Source: a virus (lineage: Duplodnaviria > Caudoviricetes). From it: 64,000 bases of DNA. The notes below the pieces were generated by a model. That model worked only from the letters and a program-made list of their open reading frames with translations, had not been told where the DNA came from and searched no databases. Where the stretch lies: the IMG/VR virus record IMGVR_UViG_3300029305_003259, positions 32,001-96,000 of that record. The stretch is one strand, 5' to 3'. The translations under genes were made by a program, and so were the position numbers. Position 1 is the stretch's first letter, and the number at the start of each line of letters is the position of its first letter. Positions 19,512 to 28,386 of this stretch are shown here, one piece after another.

Positions 19512-19537
19512 AAAATTTTAATAAGGAGGTAAGTAAC

Positions 19538-19822
19538 ATGATTATAAATCCTTCCTATGGCAATGGCAACGGAGACTCTTATGAAAAAGAAGAAGTTTTA
19601 TCAAATGATACAAAGGCACTGTTTGGACTAAGCGAAGAAGCTACGCCAGACGATGTTTTTAAAGCGATAGCCTCTGAAGAAAATTTTTCATGTGGATTTA
19701 TTGCTCAGGAAAGTGAACCGAGTAATACCAACTTGTTATGGATCGATACTACTGCCGAAACAGGTGGCTTAAAATATTACAATGGAAGTGCCTGGGTTCA
19801 TGTCCCTGTTGCTTATACTTAA
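19538..19822 (+). CDS. Small tail-fibre-like protein
   Basis: SD AAGGAGGT; P...LLWIDT....LKYYNGSAW motif typical of fibre linker modules. Confidence 0.6.
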   Translation: MIINPSYGNGNGDSYEKEEVLSNDTKALFGLSEEATPDDVFKAIASEENFSCGFIAQESEPSNTNLLWIDTTAETGGLKYYNGSAWVHVPVAYT

Positions 19823-19847
19823 TTTTTTGGGAAAAAGGTGAAAATAA

Positions 19848-21482
19848 ATGGATAAAAGGATTAAAATAACCGAAGGATTACGAGATTATGTTGAAAGACT
19901 AAATTTCGAGGCAATCAGATATAGAGATTTACTTCACTCTGTTAGAAGAGATTCTTCTCCTATGACAGATGATGAATGGCAAAGTTCGCTCGATTATTAT
20001 AGGGAACTGAATGCTGAGGCGCAGTATTGCCTTAAAGTTGCCATGGATGAAATTTATGATATGTATAAAGATGAAATAAAAGATTCCCCTTGGCATATTA
20101 ATTTCTCTGATTGTGATCTCGTAATTGGGAGCACCTCGAGTGAGCCAATAATGATTAAAGAAGAAACTTATAACGACAAATTAAGAAGACTTTATCCGCC
20201 TGAAAAAAATGTGCCGCTTGCTATTAATGGTACATATACCAAGGACATCACATTGCAGGTTACAGACGCATGTAATATGGCTTGTACATACTGCTACCAA
20301 CATAATAAGGGAACGCACTCTATGACTTTTGATGTTGCAAAGAAGTTTATCGATATGATTTTGGATGCCGATGAACGAACAAACACATATATCACTTCTA
20401 CGAAGTGCGATGGTGCAATTATTAATTTCATAGGCGGTGAACCTTGGCTGGAAATTGATTTAATCTCCAAGGTCAGTGATTATTTTATTGGCGAAGTATT
20501 TAGACGCAAGCATCCTTGGGCTATAAAGTTTGTATTTAGTGTATGCTCAAATGGCCTCCTACATTTTGATTCAAAAGTTCAAGAGTATATGAAAAAGCAT
20601 ATTGATCATTTTGGATATAACATTTCTATCGATGGCAACAAGGCTTTACATGATTCGTGCAGAATTGATTTGACTGGCAATGGCACATATGATAGAGCCA
20701 TTGCTGGTGTTAAGGACTTTAAAGAAAATTTTGGCGGAAATATGGGCAGCAAAATGACCATTGCACCTGGTAATATTGATAAAGTATTTGATGCGGTATC
20801 TTTTATGATAGGAGATAGCGGATATAGAAATATTAATCTAAACTGTGTTTATGAGGAAGGTTGGACACTAGAGCATGCCAATACTCTTTATTGGCAATTG
20901 CATAAATTGACTGACTGGTTATATGATAATAATCTTTTACATACGACCAGATTATCCATGTTCACAGAAATGTGTGGCAAGCCTATTCCAGAAGACAATG
21001 ACAGTAATTGGTGTGGAGGAGTAGGCCTCATGTTAGCTGTTGATTATAAGGGAGATATTTTCCCATGTCTTCGTTATATGGAATCTTCTGTTGATAATAA
21101 AGTTCCTGCTTATGTTATAGGGAATATTCATTCAGGTATTAATATTGAGAAAGAACATTGTGATCGTGTAAATTGCCTCGGATGTATCACAAGAAAGTCT
21201 CAGTCAACAGATGAATGTATTAATTGTCCGATTGCAATGGGTTGTGGTTGGTGTAGTGCATATAATTACGAAGTATTTGGCACGCCAAATAAAAGAGCGA
21301 CCTATATTTGTTGCATGCATAAAGCAAGAGTTCTTGCGAATGTTTATTATTGGAGACTTAGAGGCATAGATTATCCTATGAATTGCCCAAAAGAATGGGC
21401 AATTGAAATAATAGGAGAAGAAGAATATGAAAAATTGAATTCTATGAAAGTGGGTGAAAGAAATGGGGTTAGTATCTGCTGA
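19848..21482 (+). CDS. Radical SAM/SPASM peptide maturase (CXXX-repeat target family, TIGR04115-like) with fused N-terminal accessory domain
   Basis: CNMACTYC (CxxxCxxC), FIGGEP, SNG, ISIDG, NWCG...G.IFPC, CINC.IA.GC.WC...C.MHKARV.AN.YYW. Confidence 0.9.
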   Translation: MDKRIKITEGLRDYVERLNFEAIRYRDLLHSVRRDSSPMTDDEWQSSLDYYRELNAEAQYCLKVAMDEIYDMYKDEIKDSPWHINFSDCDLVIGSTSSEPIMIKEETYNDKLRRLYPPEKNVPLAINGTYTKDITLQVTDACNMACTYCYQHNKGTHSMTFDVAKKFIDMILDADERTNTYITSTKCDGAIINFIGGEPWLEIDLISKVSDYFIGEVFRRKHPWAIKFVFSVCSNGLLHFDSKVQEYMKKHIDHFGYNISIDGNKALHDSCRIDLTGNGTYDRAIAGVKDFKENFGGNMGSKMTIAPGNIDKVFDAVSFMIGDSGYRNINLNCVYEEGWTLEHANTLYWQLHKLTDWLYDNNLLHTTRLSMFTEMCGKPIPEDNDSNWCGGVGLMLAVDYKGDIFPCLRYMESSVDNKVPAYVIGNIHSGINIEKEHCDRVNCLGCITRKSQSTDECINCPIAMGCGWCSAYNYEVFGTPNKRATYICCMHKARVLANVYYWRLRGIDYPMNCPKEWAIEIIGEEEYEKLNSMKVGERNGVSIC

Positions 21483-22062
21483 TAGATTTAATGAACTTAA
21501 AGCTAGAGTTAAGGCTGAATGTGCTAGAAGAGCTTATGCAGATAGCGTTGCTTCTTATGGTGGCACAGATTATGACTATACTACTACACCTGCGTCTGGC
21601 ACATTAATTAAGCAAGAACATAGAGACAAAATAGCTATTCCCCTTAATGCCATAAGTGAGGATATGATTCCAATTGCTTCAGGACTTCCTGTTGTATTAG
21701 ATGAGGATTTATTATCAATGGAAGCCTTTATTACGGTGTTAGAACAAAGAAGTCCAACAGATAGCGAAGGAACAGACTGTTCAGGCGGATGTGCAGGAAT
21801 GTGTTATGGATGCCAGGGGACTTGTTATAATAATTGTTCTGGTTGTGGTAATAGTTGTAGTAATAATTGCTCTGGTGGTTGTAAAGGCGGCTGCACTAGT
21901 GATTGCGGTGGTTGCGGAGGAAGTTGCGATGCCTCTTGTGAAGGAGGATGTTTATATAGTTGTTATGACATTTGTTCCGGTTGTGGAGGCGCTTGCTCCA
22001 ACGATTGTAAGGGAAGCTGCGCTGGATGCGGCGCTACGTGTGCCTCTAGCTCAACACAATAA
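21463..22062 (+). CDS. Cys-rich CXXX-repeat protein, putative radical-SAM substrate
   Basis: Overlaps the rSAM stop codon; ATG 21463 after GGGTG SD (ORF track 21454); C-terminal ~90 aa hold 24 Cys spaced CxxxC (18 times) or CxxC (5 times). Confidence 0.85.
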   Translation: MGLVSADRFNELKARVKAECARRAYADSVASYGGTDYDYTTTPASGTLIKQEHRDKIAIPLNAISEDMIPIASGLPVVLDEDLLSMEAFITVLEQRSPTDSEGTDCSGGCAGMCYGCQGTCYNNCSGCGNSCSNNCSGGCKGGCTSDCGGCGGSCDASCEGGCLYSCYDICSGCGGACSNDCKGSCAGCGATCASSSTQ

Positions 22063-22084
22063 TATGTAGATATTGGAGGCATAT

Positions 22085-22636
22085 ATGAACGAGTTATATC
22101 ATGCAAAATATTTTTTATGTTTAGCAGATGCAAAGGTAAATGAATCCGTAAGGCTTAACTTTTCTTCATGTATTGATTATTCGAATTTGGTTGCATGTAA
22201 TAATATTTTTTCATTAATAATATCGACTGTTGTTGATGGTATTAAAATCGGTATTTACACTGAAAATTCAGCCAAACTAGCCATAGAGGAAGAATTTTCA
22301 AAATTAGGTTTAGAAATAATATGCGGCAATTATTCGCAATTTAAACATTTTATTAATTTAGTCGTAAATTCGTGTGCTATATCTAATTTTAATGTTCAAG
22401 ATTTTATCGGAATGTATAAATCATTTATTGAAATTGCTGACAATATGGACATGTGTTATAAGATTGACATTTATTATGCAATTTTAAATTCTATTGTTAA
22501 TTTTTCTCATATACTTGTTGATATTGAATTAACTGAAAAACTAGTAAATTATATTGAATCATTGGATGATGTTAAAATTGGCTCTTTTTCAAAAATAGTA
22601 TTATCATCATTAGATTATATAAGAAAAAATAGTTAA
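22085..22636 (+). CDS. AT-rich hypothetical protein, possibly part of the rSAM cassette
   Basis: ATG 22085 after GGAGG; 22 nt after the Cys-rich gene; no recognised motif. Confidence 0.65.
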   Translation: MNELYHAKYFLCLADAKVNESVRLNFSSCIDYSNLVACNNIFSLIISTVVDGIKIGIYTENSAKLAIEEEFSKLGLEIICGNYSQFKHFINLVVNSCAISNFNVQDFIGMYKSFIEIADNMDMCYKIDIYYAILNSIVNFSHILVDIELTEKLVNYIESLDDVKIGSFSKIVLSSLDYIRKNS

Positions 22637-22683
22637 CTTATGAAATTTTAATTTAAGACAATGCATTTAATAAATTAAGTTCG

Positions 22684-23010
22684 GTGATAAAAATGAAAAA
22701 GAAGAAAATTAATAAAAAAAATGTAAATCCTTTTAATTTTATAAAAACTTTTTCAAAAGTCATAACTGCTGTATGGGTTGTAATATGGGTTGAAGTGATT
22801 ATCTTCTCACAGATTGCCACAATTTTTTCTCTAGGAGATGCTACTTCAATTCAGGTCATTAATGATAATGCCAAGGAAATTGGTCTAGTTATAACTGGCG
22901 CATATTTCGGTACTAAATGTTTTGAAAATTTGGCCAAAGGCTATGAAGAGCATCAATTGCGCATCCTTGGTATTGATAGAGCAGATTATGAGGAAATGGA
23001 AGAAGAATAA
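22684..23010 (+). CDS. Putative holin (two TM segments)
   Basis: Basic N-terminus, two hydrophobic stretches, YF.TK..EN motif; directly upstream of an endolysin. Confidence 0.6.
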   Translation: MIKMKKKKINKKNVNPFNFIKTFSKVITAVWVVIWVEVIIFSQIATIFSLGDATSIQVINDNAKEIGLVITGAYFGTKCFENLAKGYEEHQLRILGIDRADYEEMEEE

Positions 23011-23021
23011 GGAGGTTCAAT

Positions 23022-23771
23022 ATGAATGAGAAGCAATTAAGAGACAAGCTGGTAAAGAAGGCGGTTTCTTACTTGGGCACTAAGGCAGGCAGTGCTAGAC
23101 ATAAGAATATTGTTGATACTTATAATAAAATTGTCCCACTGCCAGCTGGCTATAAGGTAAAATATACAGATCCTTGGTGCGCCACATTCGTATCATTTTG
23201 TGCTTCTGTTTGTGATATGTTAGATATCATTCCAGCAGAATGTGGATGCTCCAGACAAATTGAGCTATGGCAAAAATTGGGCAGATGGCAAGAAAGGGAT
23301 TCCTATGTGCCTCAAACTGGCGACATTATATATTTCGACTGGGACGATTCTGGTAAGGGCGACAACACTGGTTGGTCTGACCATGTAGGAATTGTTGTAT
23401 CTGTATCTGGTGGAAAAATTAAGACTATTGAGGGAAACAAAAGTAATGCAGTAGGATATAGAACTATTGCGGTTGATGGCAAATATATTCGAGGATATGG
23501 TTTGCCAGACTTTGCCTCAAAGTCAACAGAAGACACTAAGATGGACACATGCAATGTTGAATTAAATGTTCTCGCAAAAGGATGTAAGGGCGACAGCGTA
23601 AAGGCCTTGCAGATTTTGCTCAAAGGCTATGGATATTCTATTGGTAGTAGCGGCGTAGATGGAAGTTTTGGGCCTTCTACTTTGTCTGCTGTAAAGAAAT
23701 ATCAAAAAGATAAGGGATTATCTGTTGATGGGTCTGTTGGCCCAGCCACATGGAAATCATTACTTGGATAA
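23022..23771 (+). CDS. Endolysin: CHAP domain + peptidoglycan-binding domain
   Basis: WCATFVS (catalytic Cys), DHVGIV (His), IEGN; C-terminal G.SVK.LQ.LL...VDG.FG..T..AV..YQ...GL.VDG.VG..TW. Confidence 0.9.
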   Translation: MNEKQLRDKLVKKAVSYLGTKAGSARHKNIVDTYNKIVPLPAGYKVKYTDPWCATFVSFCASVCDMLDIIPAECGCSRQIELWQKLGRWQERDSYVPQTGDIIYFDWDDSGKGDNTGWSDHVGIVVSVSGGKIKTIEGNKSNAVGYRTIAVDGKYIRGYGLPDFASKSTEDTKMDTCNVELNVLAKGCKGDSVKALQILLKGYGYSIGSSGVDGSFGPSTLSAVKKYQKDKGLSVDGSVGPATWKSLLG

Positions 23772-23814
23772 TATTGAATGGCGCTAAAATATTTTAAAGA
23801 AAGGGGTGTGGCCA

Positions 23815-24507
23815 ATGGTATATAAAGTTACGGAAGAAACGATTACTGGGATTGCTAATGCGATTCGTGCAAAAACAAATTCAACCGAAGAAATCAAAGT
23901 CCAAGATTTTGCGGAAGAAATTTTAAACATAGAAACTGGCGAAAATACTATTTCTGCGGCACAAAGCGCCAGAGACGCAGAAGCTAGTGCCATTAGTGCC
24001 GCGTCTAGCGCACAGGCTGCTAAAGAAAGTGCTGCCATGATTGTGACAGAGGTTGATATCGCTAAATCATGGGCTACTGGCGACGGCACATTAGAGGGTG
24101 ACGATGCTTATCAAAATAATGCCAAATATTATTCAGAAGTAGCTAAACAACATGCCGATGACGCAGATAGCTATCGTGCTGAAGTTACCGCAAATGCTGA
24201 CGCAGCTAGAATTGCCGCAGAAAATGCAGCTGCAAGTGAATCTGCTGCTGAGCAGTTAAGGGATGAGACCAATCAGAATCTGGATCATGCTATTGAGATG
24301 GTTCAGAATCTTGAAGGTTTTAATTCTGAGGCTTGGGCTGTTGGAACTAGAAATGGCATAGAAGTAACTGATGGCGATCCTACATACCAGAATAATTCAA
24401 AATATTGGGCTGATGTTACACGTGCGACAGCTACAGATTTTCAGGCCAATGTTGGAGCTTTTAATATTTTAGCCACAGCTACCGTAGTAGAAGAGGTGAC
24501 AACATGA
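23815..24507 (+). CDS. Tail fibre-like helical protein
   Basis: IANAIRAKT motif, Ala-rich helices, duplicated WA.G...D..YQNN.KY unit; ATG at 23815. Confidence 0.55.
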   Translation: MVYKVTEETITGIANAIRAKTNSTEEIKVQDFAEEILNIETGENTISAAQSARDAEASAISAASSAQAAKESAAMIVTEVDIAKSWATGDGTLEGDDAYQNNAKYYSEVAKQHADDADSYRAEVTANADAARIAAENAAASESAAEQLRDETNQNLDHAIEMVQNLEGFNSEAWAVGTRNGIEVTDGDPTYQNNSKYWADVTRATATDFQANVGAFNILATATVVEEVTT

Positions 24508-25037
24508 TTTATGGGAACAAGATAGGTGGATCTCGAGATACAAAGACATATATTATTTCTGTTGTCGACGAAGATCAAAATGAGATTATGCAAGCTACAG
24601 GAGTAGTTGTGGATAAGGAAGAAGTATTTGATGCAAGCTCCGTAGATGTAATGTATGGGCGCAAATTTGCAAGCGAAGAAGGCGTAATGGTTGGAGTTAA
24701 CGACTCCCCTTGTTGCCGTATTGTTAATGGCATTCATGAAGTTGTACCTGGTGTTGAATTCTTGCTCAAAATGGAAGAAAGAGATCAGTGGGATTATACC
24801 ACTTTTACCGCAATGATGTGGCCAAAATTGGATGAAGATAATCCCACTCCTCGTGTAGATAAGGTCGTTGTTGATGATGCGGTCTATGATCCAGATGGCA
24901 ACAAGGTTGCTGACGTGGTTAAAGATCCATCGACAAAAACTATTAGATTTCTTTTGAGTAACGGTGATAGGTTGATGAACAATACACAATTTCCATATTT
25001 ACTCTACTTCTGTGTTTGTAAGGAGGAGTTTGTATGA
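24504..25037 (+). CDS. Phage hypothetical protein (fibre-associated?)
   Basis: 177-aa ORF coupled by ATGA overlap. Confidence 0.6.
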   Translation: MIYGNKIGGSRDTKTYIISVVDEDQNEIMQATGVVVDKEEVFDASSVDVMYGRKFASEEGVMVGVNDSPCCRIVNGIHEVVPGVEFLLKMEERDQWDYTTFTAMMWPKLDEDNPTPRVDKVVVDDAVYDPDGNKVADVVKDPSTKTIRFLLSNGDRLMNNTQFPYLLYFCVCKEEFV

Positions 25038-25258
25038 GATATATGTATGCCGTTATAGATAACGTTGGCAAATGTTATCAGGTACATAGAAGTACGAATT
25101 ATGTTTGCAATAAATATTATGTGCCTATTAGAGAAGTTTCAGTCAAATATTTATCGAAATATTATTATCCTATGCCAAATGTAGTAGATAATGACGCAGA
25201 TTTTCTTGGCAAATGGTATAAGGATATTAATCATACAATTGAGGAGGTGGCATTATAA
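25034..25258 (+). CDS. Small hypothetical protein
   Basis: SD AGGAGG; coupled to upstream gene. Confidence 0.6.
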   Translation: MRYMYAVIDNVGKCYQVHRSTNYVCNKYYVPIREVSVKYLSKYYYPMPNVVDNDADFLGKWYKDINHTIEEVAL

Positions 25259-25602
25259 TGTCAACTAAAAAGCTACAAATTATAGAAGGAAAAGTGCTGC
25301 AATCAGGTACAATGGCTCATGCTTCTTTGAATGCCGCCAACTGGGTAGGTTCTGGAACATATGCGCAATCAGTGGCGCTCCATGTAGATTCTAATAACAA
25401 GATAGATATTCAAGTGGATGTGGCTACTATGGATGCGATAATTAGCAATGGCTATTGTTTGTGTGCAAAGAACGATAATGGTGTAGTTACAATTTACGCC
25501 ATTGGAAAGAAACCAACTACTGATTTAAATGTGCAGCTAACTATTACTTCTGTTAAGAAACCAAGTGTAAATGATGTTATTTGGGGAAATGTATTGAGGT
25601 GA
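25258..25602 (+). CDS. Small beta-domain protein related to the C-terminal repeats of the Dit gene
   Basis: NW...Y.Q.V.....I......NDNG....YA.G..P..D...Q.TI pattern shared with ORF 41068. Confidence 0.6.
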   Translation: MSTKKLQIIEGKVLQSGTMAHASLNAANWVGSGTYAQSVALHVDSNNKIDIQVDVATMDAIISNGYCLCAKNDNGVVTIYAIGKKPTTDLNVQLTITSVKKPSVNDVIWGNVLR

Positions 25603-25606
25603 TTTT

Positions 25607-25999
25607 ATGAATGAATTGCTGAATGTTGTTTTGACTAATTTAACCGATGTTGGTATTGGAGTATTGTTATTTGTAATGGCTTATGTGTCCAATATGGCTC
25701 TTAGCTTGTATTACAACATTAAGATTTTAAAGCAGCCTTTTGACAAGAATAAATTGATTGATTCTGGATTGAAGGTTGTGGCATTTGGCGTTGGCACGGC
25801 GCTGTTGTGTGTGTGTATTACTACTATTCCCGCTTTTGCGAATCATGTTGGATTTGTAATTCCAGAGGAATATAGCACCGTGTTTCAGGATCTTGCCATT
25901 CTGTCTGTATTCATTATCAGCAGCTGCAAATATTTATTGGAAGCGTACACGAAGTTTTCTGCAATTCTAAAAACTTCCTCTACGGACAAAGTAGTTTAA
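25607..25999 (+). CDS. Putative holin (three TM segments)
   Basis: Three hydrophobic stretches; upstream of an amidase. Confidence 0.65.
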   Translation: MNELLNVVLTNLTDVGIGVLLFVMAYVSNMALSLYYNIKILKQPFDKNKLIDSGLKVVAFGVGTALLCVCITTIPAFANHVGFVIPEEYSTVFQDLAILSVFIISSCKYLLEAYTKFSAILKTSSTDKVV

Positions 26000-26000
26000 T

Positions 26001-26031
26001 AGGAGGAGGGGTTTACCCTCCTCCTTTTTTT
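26001..26031 (+). terminator. Intrinsic terminator between holin and amidase
   Basis: AGGAGGAGGG-GTTTA-CCCTCCTCCT plus T-run. Confidence 0.75.
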
Positions 26032-26044
26032 ATAAAGGAGATGA

Positions 26045-26701
26045 TTGATTATGACAAAAATTTATCTTTCACCAAGTTCACAGCCTGAGAATAAATATGC
26101 TTATGGGAACACAGATGAACAAACGCAATGCAGAAAAATTGCAAATGCATGTGAAAAGGCGTTGAAAAGATGTGGATTTGAAGTTAGGAACGGGCAAACT
26201 GGTGATCATATAAGTAGAACTAAGGAATCTAATGCTTGGAAGGCTGATTTACATGTTGCAATTCATACGAATGCTTTTAATGGTTTGGTTAGAGGAACAA
26301 GGATGTTCTATTTTAATGAAACCGGAAATAGCTATAAAGCGTGTAAAGCAATTTATGATATTTTATCTAAAAATAGTCCAGGAACAAGTGATAATATGAC
26401 AAGGAATCAGAATTTGTACGAGGTTTATTATACTAATTGTTCTCCAGTTTATATAGAGGTAGCGTTCCATGATAATGAATATGATGCTAAATGGATTGTA
26501 CAAAATACAGTTCAAATCGGAGAGTGGATTGCTCATGGAATTTGTAATTACTATGGAGTTAAATATATTACATCTGGTACAAATTCTGTTTCTAAAACAT
26601 ATCAAGTTGTTTGTGGTTCATTTGGAGTAAAAACGAATGCGGAAAAGAGAAAACAAGATCTTGCTAAAGCAGGTTTTGATTCATTTATACAAGTTAAATA
26701 G
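26045..26701 (+). CDS. Endolysin: N-acetylmuramoyl-L-alanine amidase (Amidase_3) + SPOR-like domain
   Basis: E...L...GF.V, R...SN...ADL..AIHTNA, YIEVAFHDN; C-terminal YQV.CGSF..K.NAE....L...GFDSFI. Confidence 0.85.
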   Translation: MIMTKIYLSPSSQPENKYAYGNTDEQTQCRKIANACEKALKRCGFEVRNGQTGDHISRTKESNAWKADLHVAIHTNAFNGLVRGTRMFYFNETGNSYKACKAIYDILSKNSPGTSDNMTRNQNLYEVYYTNCSPVYIEVAFHDNEYDAKWIVQNTVQIGEWIAHGICNYYGVKYITSGTNSVSKTYQVVCGSFGVKTNAEKRKQDLAKAGFDSFIQVK

Positions 26702-26702
26702 C

Positions 26703-26725
26703 GGAGGCCAATGGCCTCCTTTTTT
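26703..26725 (+). terminator. Intrinsic terminator
   Basis: GGAGGCC-AAT-GGCCTCC followed by TTTTTT. Confidence 0.75.
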
Positions 26726-26727
26726 GA

Positions 26728-27228
26728 TTGGAGGGATTTAAATTGAAGATATTATCATTTGATCAAAGCACCACTAGATCAGGATATGCCATATTCATAA
26801 ACGGTAAATATGACCATAGTGGCGTTATAGATAAACATACAATAAAAGATTCAGAAGCTAGATTCAAGGAAATGTATGAAGGCATACATGATTTGATAGT
26901 TACAGAAAAACCAAATATTGTAGTTTTGGAAAATACCCAAGCACAGGGAAATAATATGGCAGTGTTTAGATTGTTGTGTCAATTACAAGGTGCAATCATG
27001 GGCATGTGTTATGCAAGAGGAATTAGATTTTGCGTGCTGGCTCCAACAATGTGGAGGCGAATTTTGCAATTTTCACAAGGGCCAAAGATAAAAAGAGAAG
27101 AACTTAAGCGGCAGAGTATGGAATATGCTAAGAGATTTAATATTGAGGACTCAGAAGATAGAGCCGAGGCAGCATGTATTGGGGCTGCTTACATTATAAA
27201 TAATGCCGAAGGCATAGATATAGAATAA
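26728..27228 (+). CDS. RuvC-like Holliday junction resolvase
   Basis: ILSFDQS...SGYA, VVLE, P..WR, ED.AEA..IG acidic motifs of the RuvC fold; likely start TTG ~26743. Confidence 0.8.
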   Translation: MEGFKLKILSFDQSTTRSGYAIFINGKYDHSGVIDKHTIKDSEARFKEMYEGIHDLIVTEKPNIVVLENTQAQGNNMAVFRLLCQLQGAIMGMCYARGIRFCVLAPTMWRRILQFSQGPKIKREELKRQSMEYAKRFNIEDSEDRAEAACIGAAYIINNAEGIDIE

Positions 27229-27250
27229 TTATTTTAGGAGGAGTTTAAAA

Positions 27251-27775
27251 ATGACAATTAAGGAATTTGTGGAACTAACTAAAACTAAGGGCTGGATGCC
27301 CATGACTGTTGCAGACCAGAATGAGAAGATTAAGGCCACATTAAATGTTAAGTCTTATCTTAGCATTAAGGATAAGAAAAAACTGGTAAATGATATTGTT
27401 GATGAGACCGTTATTTATGAAAACGGACTTATTAAATTCAATGGCATAGATCAGTTCCTCTGTTACACGATGAGATGTATCGAAGCTTATACTGATTTAG
27501 AAATTGATGATATGGAAGACAACTATGACCTACTGTGTTCCACTGGTCTATTAAATAAAATCTTACGCACTTTTGAAGAGGAATACAATTCTATTCTGTC
27601 TCTACTTCAGATGCAATGTGATTATGTATTAATGGATAATAGTGTTACTGCCAATATCAATGTATTATTGACTGCGGCTACAAATGCTATTAATAAGTTA
27701 GGCGACTCTGCTGGCGACATGTTCAAAAATGTTAATCCAGCAGATTTTGCTGCAATTCTATCTAAATTAAAGTAA
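27251..27775 (+). CDS. Hypothetical protein, possible tail assembly chaperone
   Basis: 174-aa helical protein, SD AGGAG, two genes upstream of the TMP. Confidence 0.5.
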   Translation: MTIKEFVELTKTKGWMPMTVADQNEKIKATLNVKSYLSIKDKKKLVNDIVDETVIYENGLIKFNGIDQFLCYTMRCIEAYTDLEIDDMEDNYDLLCSTGLLNKILRTFEEEYNSILSLLQMQCDYVLMDNSVTANINVLLTAATNAINKLGDSAGDMFKNVNPADFAAILSKLK

Positions 27776-27780
27776 GGTAG

Positions 27781-28371
27781 GTGGGTTTTGTGGCAAAAAG
27801 ATATGATGATTTTAATAAAGTTTACAAAGCAGTAAAGCAAAACGCTAAAAGGGCCGCAATATCTGCCGCAAAACAGACAACAAAAAGAATAGCAAATGAT
27901 ATGCATAAAGAGGCCCTTAAAGGATTGGAATATTATTATAAAAATTACGACCCTGATGTATATGAAAGAACTTATAATTTAAAAAACGCAATTAGACCAT
28001 ATTTTAAAGATACCTCTACAGATAAAAAAATTAATGTTGAAATAGGCATAGTATATGATGAGTCTTATTTAGAGACATATAAAAGTAAATCTTGGAGGCA
28101 TCAAAGTGGAAATGATTGGATTTCCAGAGAAGATGATGGGTTTGATTGGGATTCAGGCAATAATGGCGTTCCCGAACCTGATTGGATTTTAGAAAACTTT
28201 TTACGTGGTATTCACCCAAGAACTACAGTTGGATATGCTTATGCACCGGTGCAAGACCCTAAGAGCCAAATCCAAATTATGAATGATTTTATTAATGATA
28301 AAGTTCAAATATTAATGGATGAATACATGAATACCGCTCTTTTACGAGAATTTACAAAACGTATGCGTTAA
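27781..28371 (+). CDS. Putative tail completion (HK97 gp10-like) protein
   Basis: Basic N-terminal helix followed by Y.P..Y.RT..L..AI; immediately upstream of the TMP. Confidence 0.45.
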   Translation: MGFVAKRYDDFNKVYKAVKQNAKRAAISAAKQTTKRIANDMHKEALKGLEYYYKNYDPDVYERTYNLKNAIRPYFKDTSTDKKINVEIGIVYDESYLETYKSKSWRHQSGNDWISREDDGFDWDSGNNGVPEPDWILENFLRGIHPRTTVGYAYAPVQDPKSQIQIMNDFINDKVQILMDEYMNTALLREFTKRMR

Positions 28372-28386
28372 GGAAGGTGAAGTAAG

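Noticed and set aside
14245-19537. Diversity-generating retroelement acting on the DUF6273-like domains (WW.R...RPA ends resemble DGR variable regions)
   Set aside because: No reverse transcriptase in the window, no template repeat found in the intergenic gaps, and the two domains differ at all base types rather than only at adenines; an element elsewhere in the genome cannot be excluded
21791-22069. Val-rich 92-aa alternative-frame ORF
   Set aside because: By-product of the TGT/TGC/GGT repeats of the Cys-rich gene; no SD
27251-28386. Programmed frameshift in tail assembly chaperones before the TMP
   Set aside because: No convincing slippery heptamer found at the end of ORF 27251, and the next ORF has its own plausible start
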